A DNA stretch of 32,000 nucleotides from Pseudoalteromonas translucida KMM 520 (GTDB lineage: Bacteria > Pseudomonadota > Gammaproteobacteria > Enterobacterales > Alteromonadaceae), in NCBI RefSeq assembly GCF_001465295.1, contig NZ_CP011035.1, forward strand, positions 60,001 through 92,000. Direction: 5' to 3'. Each line of letters opens with the position of its first letter. Position 1 is the stretch's first letter. The notes below the pieces were generated by a model that saw only the letters and a list, made by a program, of their open reading frames with translations, searched no databases and had not been told where the DNA came from. The position numbers were made by a program, and so were the translations under genes. This document shows positions 9,696 through 18,058 of the stretch, in pieces.

Positions 9696-10613
9696 TTACT
9701 CACTTAGCTCAATGTTAGGTTGAGAGGTTTTAGCAAAGCGAAACTTATACGTTGCAGGTAATTTAGCATTAGGGTGTAAAACACTCGCAAGCTCTACTAC
9801 TGCTTGTGGTGTACGTGGGCCCATGCCTAATAAATAACTGCCGTCGAAGCTATAAACTTGCTTATTTTTAACTGCATTAGAGAACTTAAAATGTGCTAGT
9901 TTCGATACGCTTTCCAGTGGGGTGTCGCCGTGTCGTCCCATGGTAATAATTGCGTCTGGGTTAAGAGCAAGGGCCGCTTCAGTTGAAAGCGGTTTCCAAT
10001 TTTGTATATGCTCTGCTGCAATATTAATTGCTCCAGCGGCATTTATTAATTCATTTGCAGAGGTATTTGCCCCAGCTACAATAGGTTGCCCGCTGCGTAC
10101 ATTAAGAATAAAAAGTACTCTAGGCTTATAAGTACTTTGTTGTAAAACTGTGTTTAAAGCAGCTCTGTCTATTGCCAAGCTATTTGCAAGTTGCTCTCCC
10201 TTTTTAGGTACATTGAGTAAACGTGCAATGTGTTTTATTTTAGCTTCAATGCCTAAAAAGTTATCTTCTTGTGTAAGTATGGTCATGTTTATTCCCGTAC
10301 TTTTTAGCTGCTCTACTACCTTTTGAGGTCCAGTGTCGGCTTCGCCTAAGAGTAAATCTGGGCTGAGCGATAATATCCCCTCTGTACTTATTTTTCGTAC
10401 GTACCCTATTTGCGGTTTTTTAGTCGCAGCACTTGGAAATACACTGGTGCTGTCTACACCTACAATACGATGCTGCTCATTAAAGGCATAAATAATTTCG
10501 GTTATTGAGCCTCCCGAAACAACAATTTTTTGTGCCGAAAATGGAGCTGAATTACTGCTACAAGCAAATGTTAACAGGGTAAGCGTAATTAAATATGTGA
10601 ATAGGGGTTTCAT
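9696..10613 (-). CDS. hmuT: Periplasmic hemin-binding protein
   Basis: Cluster-8 periplasmic binding protein pattern with a signal peptide (MKPLFTYLITLTLLTFACSS). I chose the internal ATG at 10613 rather than the ORF-track start at 10652, because it begins the signal peptide. Confidence 0.85.
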   Translation of the reverse strand: MKPLFTYLITLTLLTFACSSNSAPFSAQKIVVSGGSITEIIYAFNEQHRIVGVDSTSVFPSAATKKPQIGYVRKISTEGILSLSPDLLLGEADTGPQKVVEQLKSTGINMTILTQEDNFLGIEAKIKHIARLLNVPKKGEQLANSLAIDRAALNTVLQQSTYKPRVLFILNVRSGQPIVAGANTSANELINAAGAINIAAEHIQNWKPLSTEAALALNPDAIITMGRHGDTPLESVSKLAHFKFSNAVKNKQVYSFDGSYLLGMGPRTPQAVVELASVLHPNAKLPATYKFRFAKTSQPNIELSE

Positions 10614-10647
10614 AACAAATCCAATGTTGATACTATTAATAAACACG

Positions 10648-10669
10648 AACAATAACAGTTATCATTTAG
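10648..10669. promoter_or_regulatory. Weak Fur-box-like sequence in the hmuT/tonB divergent promoter region
   Basis: aataacagttatcatttag matches about 11 of 19 positions of GATAATGATAATCATTATC. It lies in the 67-bp gap between divergent iron-uptake operons. Confidence 0.35.
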
Positions 10670-10680
10670 ATTTAAAAGCT

Positions 10681-11433
10681 ATGAAGTTTACTATTTTTAT
10701 ATTACTGTCAGCAGTTGCTCATTATATTGGGTTGTTTATTCAACCTGCTCCCCCTAAAGCTATGACATTTTCGCAGGGGCAAAAAGCCGATCGTGTGGCA
10801 ATTAATATTATTAACTCAACCCAGGTTAACGCCAGTAAAGTAGCTAAAAAAATACCAGCTGAGCCAAAACTAACAGCGCCTGTAGTTAAAAACGATAATG
10901 TTAGCACTGAGTTTTCGGGCACCAAGCAGCACCTTAAAATAGTAAAAAAAACACCTAAAAATATAAAAAAAATAATAGATAACCCGCCAAAAAAACCAGC
11001 TAAAGCCAAACCGGTTAACATAGCTAAAAGCACTGAACATAAAAAGTCTGTAAAAAATGTCCCAGCAAACAAAAATAAAATAAAGCCTGCTGCGCCCAGT
11101 TCTAGTACCACAAAACTAAGTAACCAGCACTCTGCTACTAATCAATTAGTTACCGTAACCGAATTACCATTATTTAAAGCCCCTAAGCCAATATTAACGT
11201 ATCCGTTACGGGCTAAAAAAAGAGGTTACGAAGGGGTTACGTTATTGCAAATTGAGTTGAATAAGCAGGGGCATATAGCAAAATTAACTGTGTTAAAAAG
11301 CAGCGGATTTACTGAGCTCGACAAAGCTGCTTTAAATAATGTAGCGCAGTGGCAGTTTCATCCTGTTGTTAAAAATAACCACCCGATAAAAGCACGATTT
11401 AGCGTGCCAATTCGGTTTTTGTTAAACGTATAA
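10681..11433 (+). CDS. tonB: TonB energy transducer (heme-locus specific)
   Basis: N-terminal membrane anchor (MKFTIFILLSAVAHYIGLF). Long Lys/Pro-rich spacer (PPKKPAKAKP...). C-terminal TonB domain (YPLRAKKRGYEGVTLLQIELNKQGHI..., AALNNVAQWQFHP). I chose the internal ATG at 10681 over the track start at 10597. Confidence 0.8.
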   Translation: MKFTIFILLSAVAHYIGLFIQPAPPKAMTFSQGQKADRVAINIINSTQVNASKVAKKIPAEPKLTAPVVKNDNVSTEFSGTKQHLKIVKKTPKNIKKIIDNPPKKPAKAKPVNIAKSTEHKKSVKNVPANKNKIKPAAPSSSTTKLSNQHSATNQLVTVTELPLFKAPKPILTYPLRAKKRGYEGVTLLQIELNKQGHIAKLTVLKSSGFTELDKAALNNVAQWQFHPVVKNNHPIKARFSVPIRFLLNV

Positions 11434-11447
11434 CAAAGAGTAATAAC

Positions 11448-11999
11448 ATGCAGTCAACTTTTAATGCGGTAGGTATTATGGCTTGGCCATTACTATTGGT
11501 GTCAATTATAGCTTTGGCTATTGTGCTGGAGCGCAGCACTATTTTAATTATTGCTAAGTGGCAATTAAAGCAACATAAATTAGGGACAAGTCAATTTGCA
11601 ATTACGCTGCAAGCTAAGCAGTTGCTGCACAGTGAGCAACGTTTGCAATGGTGCCAATTGTATTTACAAGACTGCTTAATTGATTGGCGAAAACGGCTAA
11701 ACATATTGAGCTTATTGGCCTCTTTAAGCCCTTTAATGGGGTTACTTGGTACTGTGTGGGGGTTGGTCGTTATGTTTAAACGCATTGCCGAAACTAATCA
11801 AGCGGTTACGCCTGCTTTACTAGCTGATGGCTTGTGGGAAGCTATGTATTCAACCATGGCTGGATTAGTTATTGCTATTCCATGTTTATTAGTTAGCGGC
11901 TTATTAAACACCATACTAGAAGGGTTACAAAATGATTTTACAAGAATTATCAATCATTTAAATTATAAGTTTACCTATAGTGACTCACCTTATGCTTAG
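11448..11999 (+). CDS. exbB: MotA/TolQ/ExbB proton channel protein
   Basis: 183-aa ORF with three TM segments and the family motif LGLLGTVWGL. Lies immediately after tonB. Confidence 0.85.
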   Translation: MQSTFNAVGIMAWPLLLVSIIALAIVLERSTILIIAKWQLKQHKLGTSQFAITLQAKQLLHSEQRLQWCQLYLQDCLIDWRKRLNILSLLASLSPLMGLLGTVWGLVVMFKRIAETNQAVTPALLADGLWEAMYSTMAGLVIAIPCLLVSGLLNTILEGLQNDFTRIINHLNYKFTYSDSPYA

Positions 12000-12405
12000 C
12001 TTGCCACCGCGTAATACAGCGGCGCAATTAGTGCCAGACTTAACCGCTTTGCTTGATGTGTTATTTATTTTATTGGTTTTTTTATTACTTACAGCAGCGG
12101 TTAAGTTAAATATGCTTGATGTAACGCTTCCCGATACAGGTAAAAACACCAGCACACCGGTACAACAAGCAGATGTACAGGTGCTTAGTATTCGGTTAGA
12201 GCATAATAAGCTTCAATACGCCCTCGAAAAAGAATCATTTACTTCGTTAAATGAAGCAGTTAACGCCTTAAAAAACAGTAAAGAAAGCTTACCTCTGTAT
12301 TTAGCGGTTGATCAGCAAGTACCTAGCGGCGAATTAGTAAAGCTATTAGCTAAACTTTCTGCTGAAAAGTATAAAGTTGCAAATATTTTAGTTAAAAGCG
12401 ATTGA
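11980..12405 (+). CDS. exbD: ExbD/TolR biopolymer transport protein
   Basis: 141-aa ORF with a single TM (LTALLDVLFILLVFLLLT) and a periplasmic domain. Overlaps the exbB stop. The start could be GTG at 11980 or ATG at 11992. Confidence 0.85.
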   Translation: MTHLMLSLPPRNTAAQLVPDLTALLDVLFILLVFLLLTAAVKLNMLDVTLPDTGKNTSTPVQQADVQVLSIRLEHNKLQYALEKESFTSLNEAVNALKNSKESLPLYLAVDQQVPSGELVKLLAKLSAEKYKVANILVKSD

Positions 12406-12421
12406 TAACCATTATCATTTA
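12403..12421. promoter_or_regulatory. Candidate Fur box upstream of the heme receptor
   Basis: gataaccattatcatttaa matches about 13 of 19 positions of the Fur consensus GATAATGATAATCATTATC. It lies 130 nt upstream of the receptor start. Confidence 0.5.
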
Positions 12422-12551
12422 ATGTTTATTTTGTTATAGTCAAGTTGCTTTAGGCAGTAGGGGCTAACCCAAAGCGCTATGTAACTTTTTTGCATTCAAT
12501 ATAAGTAGAGCAAAAGAGTAAACAAAATATAATTATTAAATGGAGTAAATA

Positions 12552-14639
12552 ATGCGTATTACCAAACTGGCAGCTTGCCTTGCCGCTCTGTCTTCGCCCT
12601 TAATGGCAGCTGATCTTGAAAACCCTAACCACACTAATATGCCGGTTACAGCACTTGATGCCGTAACCGTAACGGCAACCCGTACCGCAAAGTCTGCACT
12701 AAATTCAGCTCAAGCCGTTAATGTTATTAACGCAGAACAAATAGAGCAAGTACTTGCTAGTAGCGTATTCGACAGCCTTATTAGTATTCCTAACGTTACT
12801 GCAACCGGTGGCCCACGTAATATGGGACAAAAGTTTAATGTACGTGGTTTTAGTGACGCAGAAGATGTGTTGATAAGTGTAGATGGTGCAATTCAAACAT
12901 TTGAAAAGTATCGAATGGGAAGTTTTTTTTCAGATCCTGAACTTTATCGCTCTGTAAATGTTAAACGTGGACCAAGTACTGTTTTGCATGGCGGTGGTGC
13001 TTTAGGTGGTGTGGTAGAAATGGAACTTAAAGATGCCAGCGACTTTTTAGCACCGGGTGAGCAAGGTGGCGTTAAAGTTAAGCTAGGTCACCATGGCAAT
13101 AATAATGAAAATAACGGTACCGTATATGCTTATGCACGCCCTACCGACTCATTAGATATACTTACTTCGTACGTAAAGCGCAGCAGTGACGACTTTAAGT
13201 TATCAAATGGTGAAACGCTCGATAATTCGGGTATTGAGGCCGAATCGCTGCTTTTAAAAGTAGAGTACTACTTAAACGAAGACTCCTTAATTGGATTGTC
13301 GTATACAAAAAGTGAAGACAATCAGCGCACCGAGTTTAATACGACCGATCCTGGCGCATGGGGTATGGTATATAGAGAAATAGAACAGTCGGTTACTAAT
13401 TTAAGCTATGAGCTTAACCCCGCCAATAATCCTTATGTAAATTTAACAGCACGCTTAGGGCGCACCCAAAGTCAGGTTGTTGAAAGTGATGGTTCAGGCA
13501 CTTTAAAAGATTTTATTGGCTTAGAGTCTAACTACGAATACAACATAACCACACTTGATATTGCAAATACATCTTTAATTAAACAGCATACTTTAACCTA
13601 TGGCATGCAGTATTCTGAAAAAGATCGAGTGGGAACCAAGTTAAGTTATCCATGCCTTAATTTAGACATGCAAACTTATCAATGTATTGATTATGCAGAG
13701 CAAGCAATACAAGACGAAATAACATCTCAGCCCGGAGGTACTCAAAAACGTATAGGCGTTTACCTACAAGACGAATTTATTTGGCAGGCATTAACGCTTA
13801 CCACAGGGCTGCGCTATGAAAAATATAAAACCACAGCAACTTCTAGCTTTGCCAACTCATTTAATAATTTAGATACCGATGTTGAGCACTCTCAAGTGGT
13901 GCCTGCATTAACCGCCCACTATCAAATTAATAACCAACTGGCTGTTTTTTCAAGTTATCAGCAAGGATTTAGAGCCCCATTAATTGATGAGCTTTATGAT
14001 CAATATGGTGGGCGTGATCCGGCACTCGAACTTAAAGTAGAAAACAGCACCAATAAAGAAATTGGTGCGAGTTACCAAAACCAAAACATATTTACAAACA
14101 GAGATGCCTTAACTGCCCGTGTTATTTATTTTAAAGTAAAAATAGATGACGAAATTCAATCAAACACCAATATAGCCACTAATCCCGAACCCGCAGCGCG
14201 TTATAACAATAGTGGCGAAAACCAACGAGACGGCATTGAGTTTGAAATAAATTATGCACATACCTTAGGTTATGCCAACTTTTCTTATAGTCGAATATCA
14301 GGTGAAAACCAAAACAATGAACCACTATGGTATTTACCAGCCGATAAGTTTGCACTGAGTAGCGGATTAAACTTTTTTAACGACATGCTAAAAACAGGCT
14401 TTAACATTCAACATGTTAATGATCGCACAGTGCTTGTATCTGGCATTGAGCAGCAACATAAAAGTTATGTTTTAGCAGGTATAAACGCCAGTTGGGATAT
14501 TAACGACAGCTGGAATGCCCGCTTAGCAATAGATAATTTATTTGATAAAGAATACCAAGTTATAGCTGGTACTACAGGCGCCATTGGCGACTATGGTGTT
14601 GGCCGTAATATTAAAACGCAAATTAGTTTTAAATTTTAA
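12552..14639 (+). CDS. TonB-dependent heme/hemoglobin outer-membrane receptor
   Basis: 695-aa ORF with a signal peptide (ends PLMA) and a TonB box-like DAVTVTATR. Plug domain and beta-barrel ending in the terminal F (QISFKF). Contains a FRAP motif (QQGFRAPLIDELY), characteristic of heme receptors. Good RBS (ggag). Confidence 0.85.
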   Translation: MRITKLAACLAALSSPLMAADLENPNHTNMPVTALDAVTVTATRTAKSALNSAQAVNVINAEQIEQVLASSVFDSLISIPNVTATGGPRNMGQKFNVRGFSDAEDVLISVDGAIQTFEKYRMGSFFSDPELYRSVNVKRGPSTVLHGGGALGGVVEMELKDASDFLAPGEQGGVKVKLGHHGNNNENNGTVYAYARPTDSLDILTSYVKRSSDDFKLSNGETLDNSGIEAESLLLKVEYYLNEDSLIGLSYTKSEDNQRTEFNTTDPGAWGMVYREIEQSVTNLSYELNPANNPYVNLTARLGRTQSQVVESDGSGTLKDFIGLESNYEYNITTLDIANTSLIKQHTLTYGMQYSEKDRVGTKLSYPCLNLDMQTYQCIDYAEQAIQDEITSQPGGTQKRIGVYLQDEFIWQALTLTTGLRYEKYKTTATSSFANSFNNLDTDVEHSQVVPALTAHYQINNQLAVFSSYQQGFRAPLIDELYDQYGGRDPALELKVENSTNKEIGASYQNQNIFTNRDALTARVIYFKVKIDDEIQSNTNIATNPEPAARYNNSGENQRDGIEFEINYAHTLGYANFSYSRISGENQNNEPLWYLPADKFALSSGLNFFNDMLKTGFNIQHVNDRTVLVSGIEQQHKSYVLAGINASWDINDSWNARLAIDNLFDKEYQVIAGTTGAIGDYGVGRNIKTQISFKF

Positions 14640-14645
14640 GTTGCC

Positions 14646-14673
14646 GTAATGGTCACTTAGGCCATTACCTTTT
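14646..14673 (+). terminator. Intra-operon hairpin (possible attenuator) between receptor and hmuS
   Basis: gtaatgg-tcacttagg-ccattac followed by ctttt, in the 45-nt gap before the hmuS RBS (aggag). Confidence 0.4.
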
Positions 14674-14684
14674 AGGAGTAAATT

Positions 14685-15737
14685 ATGAATACCTTAGTTA
14701 ACCAATATCAAACATTAAAAGTAGCGCAGCCCAATATTCGCAGTGTAGATGCCGCCGTACAACTTGGCACCACAGAAGCACAACTTATTGCTTCTCAAGT
14801 AGGGCAGCAAGCAATTAAATTAAATATTAATCAAATCGAAAACATTCTCAAAGGGTTAAAAAAACTAGAGCATGTAATGGCACTTACACGCAACGGCGTT
14901 GTAGTGAGTGAAATTAAAGGCTGCTACGAAAAACTGTATACCTCACAGCGTAATAATAAAAAAATGGGGATAGCAATTAACCCAGGAGGCATAGATTTAA
15001 GGTTGTTTTTATCGCAATGGGCCAGTGTATTTGCTGTTAAGTTAAATAACATTGTGAGCATTCAGTGCTTTGATAAACATGGCCGAGCCGTTCATAAAAT
15101 ATTTAATACCGATAAAACTAATTTAACCGCGTATCAGGCACTAATTAATAAATATAGCGACCCAGAGCAAAGCACTACATTAATGGTCGAGCCAATCAAA
15201 ACCCCAGAGCTTGAGACCACACCGCAAGAAAATATAAATGTAGCAGGCTTTTTAACCGCATGGGAAAACTTGCAAGATGTGCATCATTTTCCGGCATTAT
15301 TAACCCAGTTTAAAGTAGGCAGAATACAAGCACTTGAACTTGCACAGCCCAATTGGGCACAAGAAATACCAACCGCAAGCTTACCGTTAATATTTAGTAC
15401 GTTAAAAGAGCAGCAAAGCGAGATAATGATTTTTGTAAATAACAACGCCGCGGTGCAAATATACTCAGGAACACTCAATAACTTAAAGCAAGTAGGCCCT
15501 TGGTATAACGTACTTGATGAAGACTTTAATTTACATATTAAAAGTGAAGATTTAGCGCGTGCTTTTGTCGTTAAAAAGCCAACAGATAACGGTAATACTG
15601 TTGTGTACTCAATAGAGTTTTTTGATGAGAGCAGCAACACAGTTATGACCTTATTTGGCCGCAGGATTGAAGGTAAAGAGCAACCGAAGCAGTGGATAGC
15701 ACTGTGTAATAAATTGAGCGACAGTTATAAAAGTTAA
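14685..15737 (+). CDS. hmuS: Hemin-degrading / heme-trafficking protein (HemS/ChuS/HmuS family)
   Basis: 350-aa ORF of the two-repeat HemS/ChuS architecture. Lies directly downstream of the heme receptor. Confidence 0.8.
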   Translation: MNTLVNQYQTLKVAQPNIRSVDAAVQLGTTEAQLIASQVGQQAIKLNINQIENILKGLKKLEHVMALTRNGVVVSEIKGCYEKLYTSQRNNKKMGIAINPGGIDLRLFLSQWASVFAVKLNNIVSIQCFDKHGRAVHKIFNTDKTNLTAYQALINKYSDPEQSTTLMVEPIKTPELETTPQENINVAGFLTAWENLQDVHHFPALLTQFKVGRIQALELAQPNWAQEIPTASLPLIFSTLKEQQSEIMIFVNNNAAVQIYSGTLNNLKQVGPWYNVLDEDFNLHIKSEDLARAFVVKKPTDNGNTVVYSIEFFDESSNTVMTLFGRRIEGKEQPKQWIALCNKLSDSYKS

Positions 15738-15783
15738 CTTGATAAAACACATTTCTAATTATTGTCTACCTATAGGTAGGCAA

Positions 15784-15943
15784 TAATTAACCGGAACTCT
15801 GGTTAAGAGATTTACTAACGTTTTGAATTATAATTAGATTTAAATTTATTTTCTTTAGCCATAAGTTTTCAGTGAAAACAAGGCGAATTTACGCGTCAAT
15901 AACTGCTTGAGATAGGTTTATTATTCGGAGCTTAGGTTAATTA
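15784..15943 (-). repeat. MITE-like palindromic intergenic repeat, copy C (inverted, internally deleted)
   Basis: The reverse complement aligns with 2558-2762 end to end (taattaacctaagctccgaataataaac...cttaaccagagttccggttaatta). It lacks about 45 bp that, in copy B, lie between two cagctatt direct repeats. Confidence 0.65.
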
Positions 15944-16048
15944 GTACTGCACATTATTAAAGTTGGTTAGATTCTTGGTTTTAAAGCAGGTAGTATAAAA
16001 TGTATTGAATATATTATGCATGCAAGTTGTACGTGAGGTATAAACAGG

Positions 16049-16252
16049 GTGTTTCACAAATTATTACCAACATTAAACCTCAGGTTTCTTATACTATTAC
16101 TTGTTTTGCTTGCCTCTATTTGCACCTTAGTAAGTAGTATGCTACTTATCAAGTGCAAAAAGAGCAGTTAATCAACTACACGTTACACAGTAATTACGCT
16201 TATGCTAATAAGCTTGCTTCAGCAACAGATAGCTTTCTTGAACATTTGCAGG
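16049..16252 (+). pseudogene. 5' fragment of a membrane sensor diguanylate cyclase gene (frameshifted)
   Basis: GTG start after gagg, then a TM helix (LRFLILLLVLLASICTLVSSMLL). A -1 frame change near 16145-16147 is needed to continue into YQVQKEQLINYTLHSNYAYANKLASATDSFLEHLQ, a typical start of a periplasmic Cache-like sensor domain. The reading frame then runs into the TnpB element. Confidence 0.5.
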
Positions 16253-16259
16253 GTGCATT

Positions 16260-18058
16260 CTCGTCGGCTTTAGCTACGAGTTAAGCCCTGCGGTTTTAGT
16301 GGTTGTGTTTTGCTACAGCTTTACTCTATTTTACAGCTAGTTCAGAGGGTGGCTTACGCTGCGAGCGAACACGTCACAGCGGTATTTTGCAACGAATGCT
16401 AGGTGTACTTGGTTCTTATAAACGCAGTTCCTGCCAGTTCTCCATTCGTGCATATTAAACTCATGATTGTTTTTTGTATAGCGCTATAATATTCTGTGTT
16501 TAGTGACTGTTCAAGGCATTTAATTAATGGCAATTCGTGGCTTTAATATCGAAATAACTGACAAAATGAGTAGTAAAGCAGCTACTCATTTTGCGCGGTG
16601 GATCGGTGGATCGAATGTCATGCGTAATCAGAAAATTGAGGAAAGCCTCGAACTTATCCGAGCCGACAAAGGCTCGGATATTGATCAGAAGTATGCAGGT
16701 ATTAAGGCTAAACCTGAGCTTTCCTTCTTAAAAGAAATACCACCACAAATACTTCGAAACGCTGCAAGTATGTTATTTAGTGATATTAATGCGTGCCGAA
16801 GTGGGCTTCGGAAGTTTCCTAAGCCCAAAGGGCGTAATCGCAAGCGTAGCTGTGTAGTAACAAAGGAAATGTTCATCCTTGAGCCGCTAAACGAAGGTCG
16901 GGCACTTCTGACATTCTACGAGAAGGCTTCGAAGAAGCCCGCACGTATGTTTTCTATAAAGCTCGACTACGAACCCGACCAGCTCGCAAAGCAGTTCCGT
17001 ATATCGCGCCAAGGTAGACGCTTCTACCTCTCAGGGTCGTATAACGACGGTGTTGAGTCTGCAACGAATGAGGAACTGTTGAAAGGCTTTGTTGCACAAA
17101 GCCTCAGTGATGACGAATTACTATCCCAAATCACAGGTATCGACCGTGGCGTTAAGCTGCCTATTGCAACAAGCGACGGTTTGCGCAAAGCCTATAGCCC
17201 TGAGACGACTGAAAGGCTAAAGCGATTAGTGCAAAAGAAGGCTCGGTATCAGCGTATTTTGGCGCGTAAAAAGCGCCAAAACAATAACAAAAACACTAGA
17301 CGTGTTGAGTCTAATGAGCAGCAAAAGCTAGCAGATAAGATAGCTAACTTCGACGCCAAGACTGCGCGAATTAGGCACGACTTTTTGCACCAGACCTCGA
17401 AAGAGGTCGTGCTTTCGGCGAAGTCTATAATCGCTTTGGAAGACTTAAAACTCAAAAACATGACCAAGCGTGCTAAACCAAAGCGCGGCAAGCATGGCCG
17501 TGGCTATGCGCGTAACAACGCGAATGCCAAGAGCAGTTTAAATCGCTCATTATTAAATGTCGCTTTAGGAAAGCTTGGTGACTTCATCAAGTATAAAGCG
17601 AACGACTACGGGAAGGCCGTAGTCGAAGTGAGCCCCGCAGGCACGTCGCAGACGTGCCATATGTGCGGTGAAAAAAATACGATAAGACCTCAGCAAGATA
17701 CATTAATTTGTTTAAATGGCTGCGGAACTTTTCATGCGGACGACAATGCCAGCATTGTCGTAGCGCAACGAGCTGTACCTTACATACAAGAGTCTACGTT
17801 TGCCGAGAAAGCAAAAACTCGTAAGAAAACAGCAGTACGTAAAAAGGCGGTAACACCGCCGTTGGGGAGCGAACTGGCCTCAACTGAAAAATCAGGGGAG
17901 TTAGAGACTGCATCAACTGATGTGTCCCTTGTGTGCTCACGCACGCAAGCTGACGTAAGACCGTCATCGACGGCAAGCCTTGTACAAAGAAACTCTCTTA
18001 CAACAATGGACGCCAGTGTTACTGGCGTCTTGGAAACTCGATAGTTTTAGCTACGAGT
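16260..18058 (+). mobile_element. IS200/IS605-family (IS1341-like) TnpB-only element; ends approximate
   Basis: Contains a tnpB ORF and no transposase gene. Bounded by a 22-nt imperfect direct repeat (16260-16281 and 18037-18058, 18 of 22 identical, with the last 13 nt TTTAGCTACGAGT identical). Visibly more G+C-rich than the flanks. Interrupts a GGDEF gene. Confidence 0.65.
16527..18044 (+). CDS. tnpB: TnpB-type RNA-guided RuvC endonuclease (IS605 OrfB family)
   Basis: 505-aa ORF. RuvC-I GIDRG (D206), RuvC-II ALEDLKLKNM (E305), zinc finger CHMCG...CLNGCG (C377/C380/C395/C399), RuvC-III HADDNAS (D405/D406). A basic Arg/Lys-rich helix lies between RuvC-I and RuvC-II. A low-complexity tail of about 85 aa follows the last catalytic motif and overlaps the structured 3' end. 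A TATAAT lies at 16485-16490 upstream. Confidence 0.85.
   Translation: MAIRGFNIEITDKMSSKAATHFARWIGGSNVMRNQKIEESLELIRADKGSDIDQKYAGIKAKPELSFLKEIPPQILRNAASMLFSDINACRSGLRKFPKPKGRNRKRSCVVTKEMFILEPLNEGRALLTFYEKASKKPARMFSIKLDYEPDQLAKQFRISRQGRRFYLSGSYNDGVESATNEELLKGFVAQSLSDDELLSQITGIDRGVKLPIATSDGLRKAYSPETTERLKRLVQKKARYQRILARKKRQNNNKNTRRVESNEQQKLADKIANFDAKTARIRHDFLHQTSKEVVLSAKSIIALEDLKLKNMTKRAKPKRGKHGRGYARNNANAKSSLNRSLLNVALGKLGDFIKYKANDYGKAVVEVSPAGTSQTCHMCGEKNTIRPQQDTLICLNGCGTFHADDNASIVVAQRAVPYIQESTFAEKAKTRKKTAVRKKAVTPPLGSELASTEKSGELETASTDVSLVCSRTQADVRPSSTASLVQRNSLTTMDASVTGVLETR

Noticed and set aside
10597-10680. N-terminal extensions of the track ORFs for tonB (10597), hmuT (10652), cspA (18835), the NTF2-like protein (25567) and katG (28298).
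   Set aside because: Internal ATG codons begin the signal peptide or membrane anchor, or match the conserved N-termini of the families. They have better upstream purine-rich RBS-like sequences. The tonB and hmuT extensions would also overlap each other in the divergent promoter region.
16282-16526. A remnant or small tnpA (HUH Y1 transposase) upstream of tnpB, or on the opposite strand.
   Set aside because: No ORF of meaningful length exists in this 245-nt segment on either strand, and I recognise no HUH or catalytic Tyr context. The element is treated as TnpB-only.
16527-18044. Nuclease-dead TnpB derivative (TldR-like repressor) or a Cas12 effector.
   Set aside because: All three RuvC acidic residues and the four zinc-finger cysteines are present, so there is no evidence of inactivation. 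There is no CRISPR array nearby, which argues against a Cas12 assignment.
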